This document shows positions 9,605 to 19,489 of a stretch of 64,000 nucleotides of DNA, piece after piece. A program made the position numbers and the translations under genes. The stretch covers positions 1 through 64,000 of the forward strand of contig JAJRWI010000007.1 of assembly GCA_024276825.1 (NCBI GenBank), read 5' to 3'. Every line of letters begins with the position of its first letter. Within the stretch, counting starts at the first letter, position 1. The notes below the pieces were generated by a model. The model was not told the DNA's origin and searched no databases. It was given only the letters and a program-made list of their open reading frames with translations. Source of the stretch: an archaeon. Lineage in GTDB: Archaea; Asgardarchaeota; Thorarchaeia; Thorarchaeales; Thorarchaeaceae.

Positions 9605-11281
9605 TTATAACATTCGAGTTATTCCTTTCATTCTAGCTTTTCTCTCAATTAGACCAATTATCCTAAAGAGACCCATGCCATCAACAAGCTTGCTACCCCT
9701 TTCGGACATGGTTGTTCTAAGTGAAGGGCGTTCTATCAGCTTTTCAATTACACTTACAAGGCGATTCATAGTGTCATCTTTTGAGAATAACCCCAGATTG
9801 ATCACACCATCTCGTGAGGTTATGTGTCTATGTCTCATCTCTCGCTGGTTTTGACAAATAACAATACAAGGGGTCCCGCAGGCAGCTGCCTCGAACACGG
9901 TTCTCCCGCCAGATGTTATCGCAATGTCAGCCTCGTGCAAATGTTTTGCCATATTTGTTGAACCATCAATCAACTCTGCATTATCAAGTTGAGAGTCAAG
10001 TTTCTTTATTTTTGCCCTACTATGTTTATAGCCAGGACCAATGATTATTCTGAATTGTATATCTGGAAACTGCTTTGGTAAAACATTCATACAGTGGTGG
10101 GCTATATTGTTTGGATCGCTACCGCCAAAAGTAGCAGTAATCAGTTCCACTTTCTCCTTGATAATATGGCGTTCTAAAAAGAGAAATTCTTCTCTCAGGA
10201 TTGCATAGGCAGCACCACCATAATGAGATGGATCAATGGAGAAATCATCATACAGGGCATTGAATACGAGATCTGCAAAAAACCTTCCCGGACCGAGATC
10301 CTCAAAATTCACAACAAGACGAGTATGATTGGACAGTTCTCTCATATATTCTTCAGATGTGTCAAGAATGTCATTAACGACTATGGAAGGGCTTTCTCTC
10401 AAAATGATAGATAACGGATCATCAGTCAAGTAATACTTGAATCCAACTGTTGCAATTCTATCCTTGAGGTTTTGATCATAGTCCGAGCATACTAAGACAA
10501 TATCGTTGTAGTATAATCGATTTGCCAAAGTCATCGCTCGATAATAATGACCAAAACCCAATTCAGCATTTGCCTTGAAATGAAATAGAATCTTTACGTT
10601 TCTTAGAATGATATCGCTGAGTCTTAACTCCCAAAAGTTGTTAATGTCGATGGACTCCCTATCACTCATCACATATAATTTGACATTACTGCCAATAGTT
10701 GTTTCATCCGTAATCACTTCAGGTCGTGTGACAAAAATTGCCCCATTTTCTTTAAACCGGGGTTTCATGTATTGTCTATTAAGGCGCTCATTTTGAAGTG
10801 GCTTGGCAAATCCTGTTTCATCAAGTTCCCATCCAAGACTCCGGTCTTCTTGAACTGAGATCACTGTGTCTGCATTACTCTCAAAGAACAATTGAACTGC
10901 TTCATCAATGTGATTTGATGTCCGTAGCGGAGAGGTGGGTTCTAGAATGACCAAGGTTGTAATGTCCCATCCATTCTTCCCGCACCATTGAACAAAGTGG
11001 TTCATTACAGCTGCAAGAGAGGTCTTATCATCGGATAATTCAGCGGGTCTGATGAAAGGAATCTCTGCGCCAGCTTGTTCAGCCACTCTTGCTATGAGTT
11101 GGGAGTCGGTAGAAACGACCACCCTGTCAATCATCTTTGCCCTTTTTGCTGCTTCTATTGTGTGTACAATCAGAGGTCTGAACCCAATTTCTCTCAGATT
11201 CTTAAGAGGGACACCTTTGGAGCCACCTCTTGCGGGAATTATTGCAATAACACCACTGGGACATGATTGAGAAGCGTTCAT
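9605..11281 (-). CDS. Fusion: acylneuraminate cytidylyltransferase (NeuA/PseF-like) plus PseG/SpsG-like GT-B domain
   Basis: N-terminal IPARGGSKGVPLKN, RPAELSDD, PTSPLR, ENGAI, SIDI; C-terminal GFGHYYR, FGGSD, SGGRTVFEAA.CG.P. Confidence 0.88.
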   Translation of the reverse strand: MNASQSCPSGVIAIIPARGGSKGVPLKNLREIGFRPLIVHTIEAAKRAKMIDRVVVSTDSQLIARVAEQAGAEIPFIRPAELSDDKTSLAAVMNHFVQWCGKNGWDITTLVILEPTSPLRTSNHIDEAVQLFFESNADTVISVQEDRSLGWELDETGFAKPLQNERLNRQYMKPRFKENGAIFVTRPEVITDETTIGSNVKLYVMSDRESIDINNFWELRLSDIILRNVKILFHFKANAELGFGHYYRAMTLANRLYYNDIVLVCSDYDQNLKDRIATVGFKYYLTDDPLSIILRESPSIVVNDILDTSEEYMRELSNHTRLVVNFEDLGPGRFFADLVFNALYDDFSIDPSHYGGAAYAILREEFLFLERHIIKEKVELITATFGGSDPNNIAHHCMNVLPKQFPDIQFRIIIGPGYKHSRAKIKKLDSQLDNAELIDGSTNMAKHLHEADIAITSGGRTVFEAAACGTPCIVICQNQREMRHRHITSRDGVINLGLFSKDDTMNRLVSVIEKLIERPSLRTTMSERGSKLVDGMGLFRIIGLIERKARMKGITRML

Positions 11282-11549
11282 ATCAAGGGCCTCTAGCTAA
11301 TTCATAGTATTTGAAGATTAGCGCCAATAATGGCATCTGAGTCATAAACGCCGCGATTAAGTGTGATGACCGCATAGAGGGAATATTACTAAAAACTGTA
11401 AGCTCGTCAAAAACGATTCAAGCCAGAATCTTAGTAGAAATGAAAGAGTTCATTATGATTTGAAAGATGAACTATGCCTTCCCTTACACTTAAATAATTG
11501 ACGTGGAAATTCGCAAGTACAGTCCGACTCATTCCGAGTCCATTCATTC

Positions 11550-12728
11550 ATGGATGGCATTAATATGACTTGGTCATTCACCTTGGTAAGTGGCGCATTG
11601 AAAAACGTCGGCGACTTCTTAATAGTCAAAAAAGCAACTGAAGCTGTAGAGCGCTTTCTTCAACCCGATTCTTATATCACATTAAAGCGAACTGAGGATT
11701 TTGGTCCACATATTGACAAGATAAACGAAACAAATGCAATAATCATTTGTGGCGGCCCAGGGTATAAAAAATGGTTTTATCCAGCAGTCTATCCATTTCT
11801 CAAATACCTGGCCAAAATTCGGATTCCAATTATTCCTTTTGCATTAGGTTGGTCGGGATTGCCAAGATATCTGCCGGATCGATTTGTGTTCGCTCAGGAG
11901 TCAAAATCAGTAATTCACCACATCCATAAGAGAACCCCCTATTCAAGTGTGCGAGATGAGATCACACGAGAGATACTGATTCGTCATGGAGTACAAAATG
12001 TGATTAATACAGGATGTCCCACACTGTTCGATATTGATAAAATGAGAGGCAATGCTTCATTCAGAATTCCAGCAGAGATAACTTCCTTTGGAGTCAGTAT
12101 GGCACAGAACCCCGCACTGCATACACAGAATGTCAATCTTCTAAAGCAATTGAAAGGTTGCTTTCCAAAAGCTCGTCGTGTAGCATTCTTCCATCGCGGA
12201 GTGGGTGCTGATGAGTATACTACGCCTCAAGAAGGAAGACAATTGCAGCTCTTGGCAAAACGAGTTTCTGCTCTTGATTACGAAATAGTTGATCTTGCTT
12301 ATGATGCAGGGCGGTTGAGTATATACAATGAGATGGATTTCCATGTAGGTTATAGAGTACACGCTCACGCTTATTGCATCAGTCAAAGGATTCCTTCATT
12401 CTTGTTGTGGGAGGATGGACGAGGACAGGGTATGTCTTCTAATCTTGGATTGCCAGGTGTCCCTGCATTTAAGACAAGACTTATTGATCATCCACCCTGG
12501 CCCTCTCGCATCCAGAGATATGTGATGAAGGGTGTTTCTAAAATTGCCCCACTGAATGAACAACCAATTAATCATCATGCAGTTAAGGAAGTATTGAAAC
12601 TCATCAATGATGAAACAGACAACGGATTTCTAATGTTTAGCGCTGTTCCTCAACGGCTTAAGGAACTTTATTCGAATCTACAGTTCTTTTTCATACATAT
12701 CAAAGAATTCCTAATTGAATCTGAATGA
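11550..12728 (+). CDS. Polysaccharide pyruvyl transferase family protein
   Basis: NVGD, GGPG, SVRD, TGCP and GYRVHA motifs. Confidence 0.8.
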   Translation: MDGINMTWSFTLVSGALKNVGDFLIVKKATEAVERFLQPDSYITLKRTEDFGPHIDKINETNAIIICGGPGYKKWFYPAVYPFLKYLAKIRIPIIPFALGWSGLPRYLPDRFVFAQESKSVIHHIHKRTPYSSVRDEITREILIRHGVQNVINTGCPTLFDIDKMRGNASFRIPAEITSFGVSMAQNPALHTQNVNLLKQLKGCFPKARRVAFFHRGVGADEYTTPQEGRQLQLLAKRVSALDYEIVDLAYDAGRLSIYNEMDFHVGYRVHAHAYCISQRIPSFLLWEDGRGQGMSSNLGLPGVPAFKTRLIDHPPWPSRIQRYVMKGVSKIAPLNEQPINHHAVKEVLKLINDETDNGFLMFSAVPQRLKELYSNLQFFFIHIKEFLIESE

Positions 12729-12775
12729 AGGCGTTAATGATATCTCATCTAATCTATCCAGGGCATTTCGCAATT

Positions 12776-13846
12776 CTATATTATATCGTTCCATTCAATA
12801 AGATAGCCTGCTTTGATTGGACGCTTGGCTTTGAAACCAATTATTTTGTCCAAAAACATTGGATGAATTCCAGTTCCTGGTCTGAGCAAAATGAGATTCT
12901 CTTCGGTGAGTTCCTCTCCATCTTCGATATCTCTTGCTGCGGCTATTGATCTTCGGGCATTCATTCTTGCTGGCATTTCAACCTCAATGGGTTTCTTGAT
13001 ACGTTCGCCCAGAGCCTTTCGAGCCAAACGAACATTGTTAACAAGTATTCGCAATAGATGTTCATCAACAGAATGAAAATGATCATTGCCTTTGCGTGTG
13101 CGGTCAGTTGTGAAATGCTTCTCAATGACCGTGGCGCCCAAAGCAGCAGCAACAGTTGGTATTGTTACCGAGTCGTCGGGGATAACATGATCTGACCAGC
13201 CCACCTCGTATTTAGGAAATATCGCTCGCAGGAATTGGATCATTCTTAGATTCGAGTGTTCAGGGGGAGTAGGATAGGCTAGAATACAATGCAGCAGTAC
13301 AATGTCCGAGTTACCCTCGGACTCGATTATTCTAGTCGCTTCTTCAATCTCTCCAATAGTAGAAGCACCTGTTGATAGAAGTATGGGAACCCCTGTTCTT
13401 GCCACTTTCCTCAAAAGTGGAAAGTTAGTAATGTCGGCGGATGCTATTTTAAAGGCAGGAACACCCAATTCAACAAGAAGATCAACACTGTCTAAATCGA
13501 AAGGTGTTGACATGAAAATTATTCCAACTTCCTTGCACATTCGAGCAAGTTCGCGAGTTTCGGCATGGTAGAACTTGTTGGAACGCTTGAAGAACTCGTA
13601 TTGGGTTTCTTCAGGATTGTCATCATCCCAATATTTTGGAGAATGTACTGCGACTATCTTACTTGCCTTATATGTCTGAAACTTGACAGCATCCGCACCT
13701 GCCCGCTTTGCTGCTTCAATCAGCTCTCTAGCATAATCCATGTCATTATCATAGTTGACGCCGATCTCTGCAATGACAAATGGATCCTCATCCAATCCAA
13801 TCTTTTTTCCCGCGATTCCAACAGGCATGCTTCTCATCCCGTTCAT
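12776..13846 (-). CDS. neuB: Nonulosonic acid (N-acetylneuraminate-type) synthase with C-terminal SAF/antifreeze-like domain
   Basis: IAEIGVN, AVKFQ, STPFD, KIASAD, LSTG, LHC...YP, WSDH, IEKHFT, RRSI and RPGTGI motifs. Confidence 0.92.
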   Translation of the reverse strand: MNGMRSMPVGIAGKKIGLDEDPFVIAEIGVNYDNDMDYARELIEAAKRAGADAVKFQTYKASKIVAVHSPKYWDDDNPEETQYEFFKRSNKFYHAETRELARMCKEVGIIFMSTPFDLDSVDLLVELGVPAFKIASADITNFPLLRKVARTGVPILLSTGASTIGEIEEATRIIESEGNSDIVLLHCILAYPTPPEHSNLRMIQFLRAIFPKYEVGWSDHVIPDDSVTIPTVAAALGATVIEKHFTTDRTRKGNDHFHSVDEHLLRILVNNVRLARKALGERIKKPIEVEMPARMNARRSIAAARDIEDGEELTEENLILLRPGTGIHPMFLDKIIGFKAKRPIKAGYLIEWNDII

Positions 13847-13929
13847 TAAAGAGTCCTATAGATAAGACCTACATTCAAGGCCCATTCAAATTGATATAAA
13901 ACTCCCGATTAGCCAGGCACTGTCTGACT

Positions 13930-15339
13930 CTAATTTGACATTTCATTCACCTTATCACAAATGAATGAAACAATATTCTGAATTCCATTAGGCTTGAAGA
14001 AAAAGTTCACATCAAATTCTTCCGCGAGCGTGCCTCTTCTGATCATTTTGACCAGGTCTTCAGGAGTCGAAACAACATGAACAACTTTCATCTCGATTAA
14101 TGGTTCAAAATATTCAATTCCAGGGGCATTTATCAAAAATGTGGAAAGACCGAATGACAAGCCCTCAAAGAGGGCTGTAGAGAATATTCCAACTTGAACC
14201 TTTGATTCCTTGAAAAGTTCGTAAAGATCCCTCTCAGTCCCTACAACTTCGATATTTGATTCTACAAGCCAAGGATAGAGTTTCTTCCAACGATCAGTTT
14301 CTAAGGGATGCAATTTGTATACCACTTTGAAATCGTTGGACAGAAGTCTGCTCAATTGAACTGCAAACTTGGAGATGAGCACCCCACTTCGTTCTTGTGA
14401 GATAAAGAGAATCTCGCGTTCATTTCTGCTACCGGCGCCAGAAGCTCTTTTGGATTCAAGATATGGAAATCCAGCACTAACAACATGTGATTTCGGAATG
14501 GGATAATTTACACTCTTTTTCCAATATTCACCAAAGGTCAAAATGAAGTCGGGAAATGTTGTTTTAGTCACACCATCAGGAAAGACATAGCCCGGATGAT
14601 ATGGACTTATTACGCCATGCTGAAGTTCAATAGTAGCGATTCCCAAGGTCTTTGCTGCGTCGATAAGGGCCTCTTTTCCATACGAACATATGAGAACTAG
14701 CACTTTTGGCTTGATCCATCTGAGCAATAATTTGTAAAGAATTGTAAAGGCCCGCCATCTATGAATGTTCTTTATCACCCTGTTCTTGAGCTTGACCCTG
14801 TAATCAAATCTCTTGTATATTGCGTCTTCGATTGTTTCAAGAAGCGAAATATCGCGTTTGGTGTATTCCACTTTTCCCACTCCCAAACGCATTAGAATGC
14901 TACCAAAGACTTTGATGAAATCAAAATATTTGAGTGATTGTGTGCGAGGAGGCTCTTTGTGCTTTCGCATCAAGTCATATTCAATGCACACAGAAGAACA
15001 ATGAAGTTTCTCTATAATAGGATCAACATAGATATCGCTCCAAAATCCATTAGGCATACGTATTCTTCGTGAGCTGCCGACAAAAAGAACATCTTTAGGT
15101 CTTGAGAGATATGGGTTTTTTCGGATATCAATTAGAGCTCGAATATAGAACTTGAGTTTCCCGCCCATCTGTCGAGAAGAACTCCGCTCTTTTCCTGATG
15201 ATTGCCTTTCAAAGAGAGATAGAAAGATCTGGGCTCGAATCCGTTCCCAAAACCGCACACCCGAGATTGTCTTGTTAAAAAGGTTGAGCTCTTGTTCCAT
15301 TTGAAGGAATTCTTTGAAGATAATCTTGACACCTTTCAT
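13930..15339 (-). CDS. Putative nonulosonate/capsule-type glycosyltransferase
   Basis: ELQHG, FPD.ILTFG.YW, KLHP.E and STALFEGL motifs of CMP-sugar/CDP-glycerol transferase-like GT-B proteins; adjacent to neuB. Confidence 0.65.
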   Translation of the reverse strand: MKGVKIIFKEFLQMEQELNLFNKTISGVRFWERIRAQIFLSLFERQSSGKERSSSRQMGGKLKFYIRALIDIRKNPYLSRPKDVLFVGSSRRIRMPNGFWSDIYVDPIIEKLHCSSVCIEYDLMRKHKEPPRTQSLKYFDFIKVFGSILMRLGVGKVEYTKRDISLLETIEDAIYKRFDYRVKLKNRVIKNIHRWRAFTILYKLLLRWIKPKVLVLICSYGKEALIDAAKTLGIATIELQHGVISPYHPGYVFPDGVTKTTFPDFILTFGEYWKKSVNYPIPKSHVVSAGFPYLESKRASGAGSRNEREILFISQERSGVLISKFAVQLSRLLSNDFKVVYKLHPLETDRWKKLYPWLVESNIEVVGTERDLYELFKESKVQVGIFSTALFEGLSFGLSTFLINAPGIEYFEPLIEMKVVHVVSTPEDLVKMIRRGTLAEEFDVNFFFKPNGIQNIVSFICDKVNEMSN

Positions 15340-15536
15340 GGGGTTCTCCTCGGTCTTCCTGATGTTATTGTCTATTGCTTATGCGTCATTGGGGGTCCTA
15401 ATAATATGTTTGCCATATAGAAAAGTATGATTGTCTTGCATTTCTTCAGTTAACAGTTGGATGTGGAATTTCTCATGATTTTATGGGACCAGTGCTTTGT
15501 AGCAATCCGCGATAAAGTTAAAACAAACTGTTAGGG

Positions 15537-16604
15537 GTGTTCATGAAGAACCTTCTGGAGCGCAGGGACTTGCCAAAATCCAAGTGGATAATGAAGCAGT
15601 ATTGGAGAATGGGTCAAACTAGAGCCCTGTTAAGCCTAGCAATGGGCATGTTCACACTTGGAAAGTTGTACATAGACTATGTTCCAGGACTTTCAGAGTT
15701 TGGTGTTAGAGGTGCTCTGCTCCTGGGTGCAGGTCTCTTTCTGTTTTTCATGGGGCTTGGATGGTTATATGATGAGAAGGGCAAAATGTGGAGTCAGCAG
15801 GTACTTGTTGCTAGAGAGAGAGACCCCTTTCAATACGTTCCAAATTATAGAACTATTGCACTTGATTATCCATTCCTTTATGCCATCGTTAAGACATTCA
15901 GAAATATTTTTACAAAGTTGGACCTTCCACAGGATCGGCTAGCCGCATACGAAGCCTATCTTGCCGATTACTTCTCCAGACGAACTACACGCCATTCCAT
16001 TTTCAACGCGATGCCAAAGGCCAAGTCATTCTTACGGGAATATCCATTTGAGTCAATATCTGAGGGGACGAAAAAGGCAACAATTTCATCCCGATTAAAG
16101 AAGAGCTTTGAAACACACAAACTCAGACTGGCGTGGGTACAGGCGCTGACCGGAATGGCTCAAGATGCATTGGTTGTTGGAGCTTTATACATTACGGTGT
16201 TTATTCCTGCCACTCAGACAGATGACACTCTTCGTGTATTATATGGGTTTGTCCTGATTTCAATACCACTATATTTGGTTCTAGCTATAGCGGGATGGAT
16301 ATATGATAAACGGTTGAAGGTATGGCAGGCTGACATGACTGTTAAAATCGAGAGAAATCCATTCTCTTATGTGCCCGAGCCCAGATTTCATATCTTGGTC
16401 TATCCATTTCTATTTCCAGTCATTTTCACCCTTGAGGGCATTCTTAAGGCACGGGGAATTAGTAATCATAAGATCGAGCGGTGTATTGAATATCTGAGAG
16501 AGTATGCTAATTTGTCAGTAACTCGAGATGAAGATATGAAACGAGCGCGTATACTCAGAAAAGAGTTAGGTGCCATTTTTTCAACAAAGAAAACAGAGGG
16601 ATGA
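15537..16604 (+). CDS. Hypothetical membrane protein with two copies of a ~170-aa domain
   Basis: GW.YD...W...ER.PF.YVP occurs twice; TM segments present. Confidence 0.75.
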   Translation: MFMKNLLERRDLPKSKWIMKQYWRMGQTRALLSLAMGMFTLGKLYIDYVPGLSEFGVRGALLLGAGLFLFFMGLGWLYDEKGKMWSQQVLVARERDPFQYVPNYRTIALDYPFLYAIVKTFRNIFTKLDLPQDRLAAYEAYLADYFSRRTTRHSIFNAMPKAKSFLREYPFESISEGTKKATISSRLKKSFETHKLRLAWVQALTGMAQDALVVGALYITVFIPATQTDDTLRVLYGFVLISIPLYLVLAIAGWIYDKRLKVWQADMTVKIERNPFSYVPEPRFHILVYPFLFPVIFTLEGILKARGISNHKIERCIEYLREYANLSVTRDEDMKRARILRKELGAIFSTKKTEG

Positions 16605-17116
16605 ATATGGGATTTCGAAAATGGCTAATGAAACAACAATGGCGGATTGTTCAAATTCGAGGCATATGGAGTCTAATGAATGCCGTTCTCCTTTTGGCTT
16701 ATGCATATTATGCAGTATTCCCGATATTCGCAGACATGGAGATGGTAGGTCCGTTCGCTTTTGCATTTATTCTCTTGATTATGTTTCTATTCATCGGGTA
16801 TCTTTATGATAGGGTCTTTGTCATGTGGGCGCCATCACAGGAAGTCAGTATGGAAAGGAATCCATTTCAATATGTACCAGGACCAAAGGATCAAATTTTC
16901 TGGCTTCCGATGTATTCGACAATTCTTGATTCGGTTGAGATGATTGCGAAAGAGCTTGAAGCTGATACAACTGCTATAAGAGATGCTAAGGAATACTTCG
17001 CTCAGATTCAGAATTTATCCCCACTCAGAAAAGAAGATTTGAGTGAAGCAATTAGGCTTCGTGATGAGTTCATCAAGAAACATCCTTTCGAGAAGTCAAA
17101 GGCAAACAAATCATAG
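16601..17116 (+). CDS. Hypothetical membrane protein, single-domain paralog of the upstream gene
   Basis: KWLMKQ.WR and GYLYD...W...ERNPFQYVP; 4-nt ATGA overlap with the upstream gene. Confidence 0.75.
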   Translation: MNMGFRKWLMKQQWRIVQIRGIWSLMNAVLLLAYAYYAVFPIFADMEMVGPFAFAFILLIMFLFIGYLYDRVFVMWAPSQEVSMERNPFQYVPGPKDQIFWLPMYSTILDSVEMIAKELEADTTAIRDAKEYFAQIQNLSPLRKEDLSEAIRLRDEFIKKHPFEKSKANKS

Positions 17117-17234
17117 TGAAAGTGTCGATGAATCTATCTGATTGTCTGGTTAAAATTTCAAATGCAACATGTTGGCATGCGCACCTTATAAAGAGTTAAA
17201 ACTAATCTGTATCCGAATTTACTGGGTTATTACA

Positions 17235-18536
17235 ATGAAACAAAAAAAACTCGTGGTTGTTGGTCTCGGCTATGTAGGGCTTCCTGTAGCAGTGAAATTC
17301 GCTGAAGCAGGTTTTGATGTCGTTGGAATTGATATCATCCCTGAGAAAGTCGAGATGATCAATAAGGGAGAGAGTCCAATTAAGGGTAAAGAACCAAAAC
17401 TCGATGAACTCCTGAAATCTGTTGTATCATCAGGAACTCTAAAGGCTACAACCTCATACGAGCCAATACGCGAGGCTGATTATGTTCTCATTGTTGTACA
17501 GACTCCATTTAATATGCTAAGCAAGGAACCTTATTATCAGGCCCTACGATCAGCTGTGAGAAGTGTCGGTCAAAACCTGAAAAGAGGAGCCCTGGTCATC
17601 ATCGAGTCTACTGTTGCCCCAGGAACAATGAACAAGATAGTGATACCAATTCTTGAGGCAGAATCTGGTCTAAAGGCTGGAAAAGAATTCCTGCTAGCAA
17701 CAGCACCTGAGCGAGTCATGCCGGGCAAACTTCTATGGAATCTTGTAAATCTTGATCGTGTTGTAGGGGGCATCAATGAGGAGAGCACGCAAGCCGCTAT
17801 TGAACTTTACAAACATATTGTCAAAGGCGAATTATATCCAACTGATGCTTTGACTGCAGAAATTGTAAAAACAACTGAGAATGCGTATCGTGATGTTCAG
17901 ATTGCCTTTGCAAATGAGATAGCGCTTTTATGTGAAAATGTTGGTGCTGATGTTTATCAAGTGAGAGAGCTTGTTAACAAATCGCCATATCGAAACATGC
18001 ATCTGCCCGGAGCTGGAGTTGGCGGGCATTGCTTACCCAAAGACAGTTGGCTTCTTGCATTCGGCGCAAGGGGTGCTAATTCTCCTCGATTGATTGCCCT
18101 AGCAAGAGAGATCAATGACTCTATGCCAAGGCATTTGAGTGACCTCTGTGTGGAGGCGTTGAAAGAGGCAGGAGTTGGAATATATGGGGCAAAAGTCACC
18201 GTTCTTGGAATTGCATATCTTGAGAATTCTGATGATACTCGAAATTCACCAGCCTTCACACTAATCAAAGCATTGGAGGTCTATGGGGCACATCCTATTG
18301 TTCATGATCCATTCGTAGAAGAAGCAAACGGGATTGTGATTGAAAAGTCGCTTGATAATGCCATTCGTGATTCTGATTGCGTAGTTCTGGTGACCGCACA
18401 TGACGACTATCATAACGTTGATCTTGATCATCTCAAAAAGCTGATGCGGACCCCTGTCATCGTTGATGGAAGAAAGGTCTTTGACAAGAAAGAGTGCTAT
18501 GCAAAGGGCTTTGTGTTTCGAGGCATAGGTCGTTGA
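17235..18536 (+). CDS. wecC: UDP-N-acetylhexosamine 6-dehydrogenase (WecC/WbpA family)
   Basis: GLGYVGLP, VQTP, ESTVAPGT, PERV.PG, K..EN.YR.VQIA.ANE, GGHCLPKD and DTRNSP motifs; start placed at MKQKK. Confidence 0.88.
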   Translation: MKQKKLVVVGLGYVGLPVAVKFAEAGFDVVGIDIIPEKVEMINKGESPIKGKEPKLDELLKSVVSSGTLKATTSYEPIREADYVLIVVQTPFNMLSKEPYYQALRSAVRSVGQNLKRGALVIIESTVAPGTMNKIVIPILEAESGLKAGKEFLLATAPERVMPGKLLWNLVNLDRVVGGINEESTQAAIELYKHIVKGELYPTDALTAEIVKTTENAYRDVQIAFANEIALLCENVGADVYQVRELVNKSPYRNMHLPGAGVGGHCLPKDSWLLAFGARGANSPRLIALAREINDSMPRHLSDLCVEALKEAGVGIYGAKVTVLGIAYLENSDDTRNSPAFTLIKALEVYGAHPIVHDPFVEEANGIVIEKSLDNAIRDSDCVVLVTAHDDYHNVDLDHLKKLMRTPVIVDGRKVFDKKECYAKGFVFRGIGR

Positions 18537-18622
18537 AACATGTTTCTGCCAAGTGTTGTCGTGCAATCATACTAATTTGGAGAGAAACACAAGTCTTTTC
18601 TCCAAGTGGGTAACAATTACTG

Positions 18623-19474
18623 ATGGTGATACAAGTGACGAGGATGCCTGTCGTTGCGGGCAGCTTTTACGAGGGAGATCATGAACTCTTAATGAAACGC
18701 CTGAAGAACTGTTTTCTCGGAGAGCTTGGGCCAGGTCAATTGCCAGAGGGTGCACCAGGAAGCAGTCGAAAATTGAAAGCAATCATCTCACCTCATGCAG
18801 GGTATATATATTCTGGAATGACCGCTGCCAATAATTATTTTCGACTCTTTCAAGATGGTCGTCCAGACCATATTGTAATTATTGGACCAAATCATACTGG
18901 ATACGGAAACAGTATTGCTATTTGCGAGGAGGATTGGCAGACCCCATTAGGGGTTGTAAGATACGACAGATTGCTTGGCGGCGAGCTCATCGAGGGAAAT
19001 GAGTATATCACTTCAGACTGTATAGCTCATAGTAGTGAACATTCAATTGAAGTCCAGCTGCCATTCCTGCAGTATATATTTGGCGAAGATGTATCATTCG
19101 TGCCAATGTGTATAAGAGAGCATAGATATGAAACTCTTGAGTCGATTGGGAAGACTCTTGTTCAACTTGCTAAAGAAATGGACATCCTCATTATTGCAAG
19201 TTCTGATTTCACGCATTTCGAACCTGCAGATGCTGCGAGAATGAAGGACCAGCAGGCAATTGAGTATCTGCAATTTCTAAATCCCAAAGGATTCCTCGAG
19301 TATGTGTTGAAACATCGAGTCAGTATTTGCGGAGTGGCCCCGATTACAATAGCAACTGTCTTTGCCAAAGAACTTGGTGCAACTGAGTTTAACATTATCA
19401 AGTACACTAACTCTGGTGACATCACTGGTGATCGTAGCAGTGTGGTTGCATACGTTTCAGCTGAATTCATCTAA
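18623..19474 (+). CDS. MEMO1 family protein (AmmeMemoRadiSam protein B)
   Basis: PVVAGSFY, PHAGYIYSG, GPNH, EHSIEVQLPF, SSDFTH and CG motifs. Confidence 0.92.
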   Translation: MVIQVTRMPVVAGSFYEGDHELLMKRLKNCFLGELGPGQLPEGAPGSSRKLKAIISPHAGYIYSGMTAANNYFRLFQDGRPDHIVIIGPNHTGYGNSIAICEEDWQTPLGVVRYDRLLGGELIEGNEYITSDCIAHSSEHSIEVQLPFLQYIFGEDVSFVPMCIREHRYETLESIGKTLVQLAKEMDILIIASSDFTHFEPADAARMKDQQAIEYLQFLNPKGFLEYVLKHRVSICGVAPITIATVFAKELGATEFNIIKYTNSGDITGDRSSVVAYVSAEFI

Positions 19475-19489
19475 ACCTGTGAGTGATAA

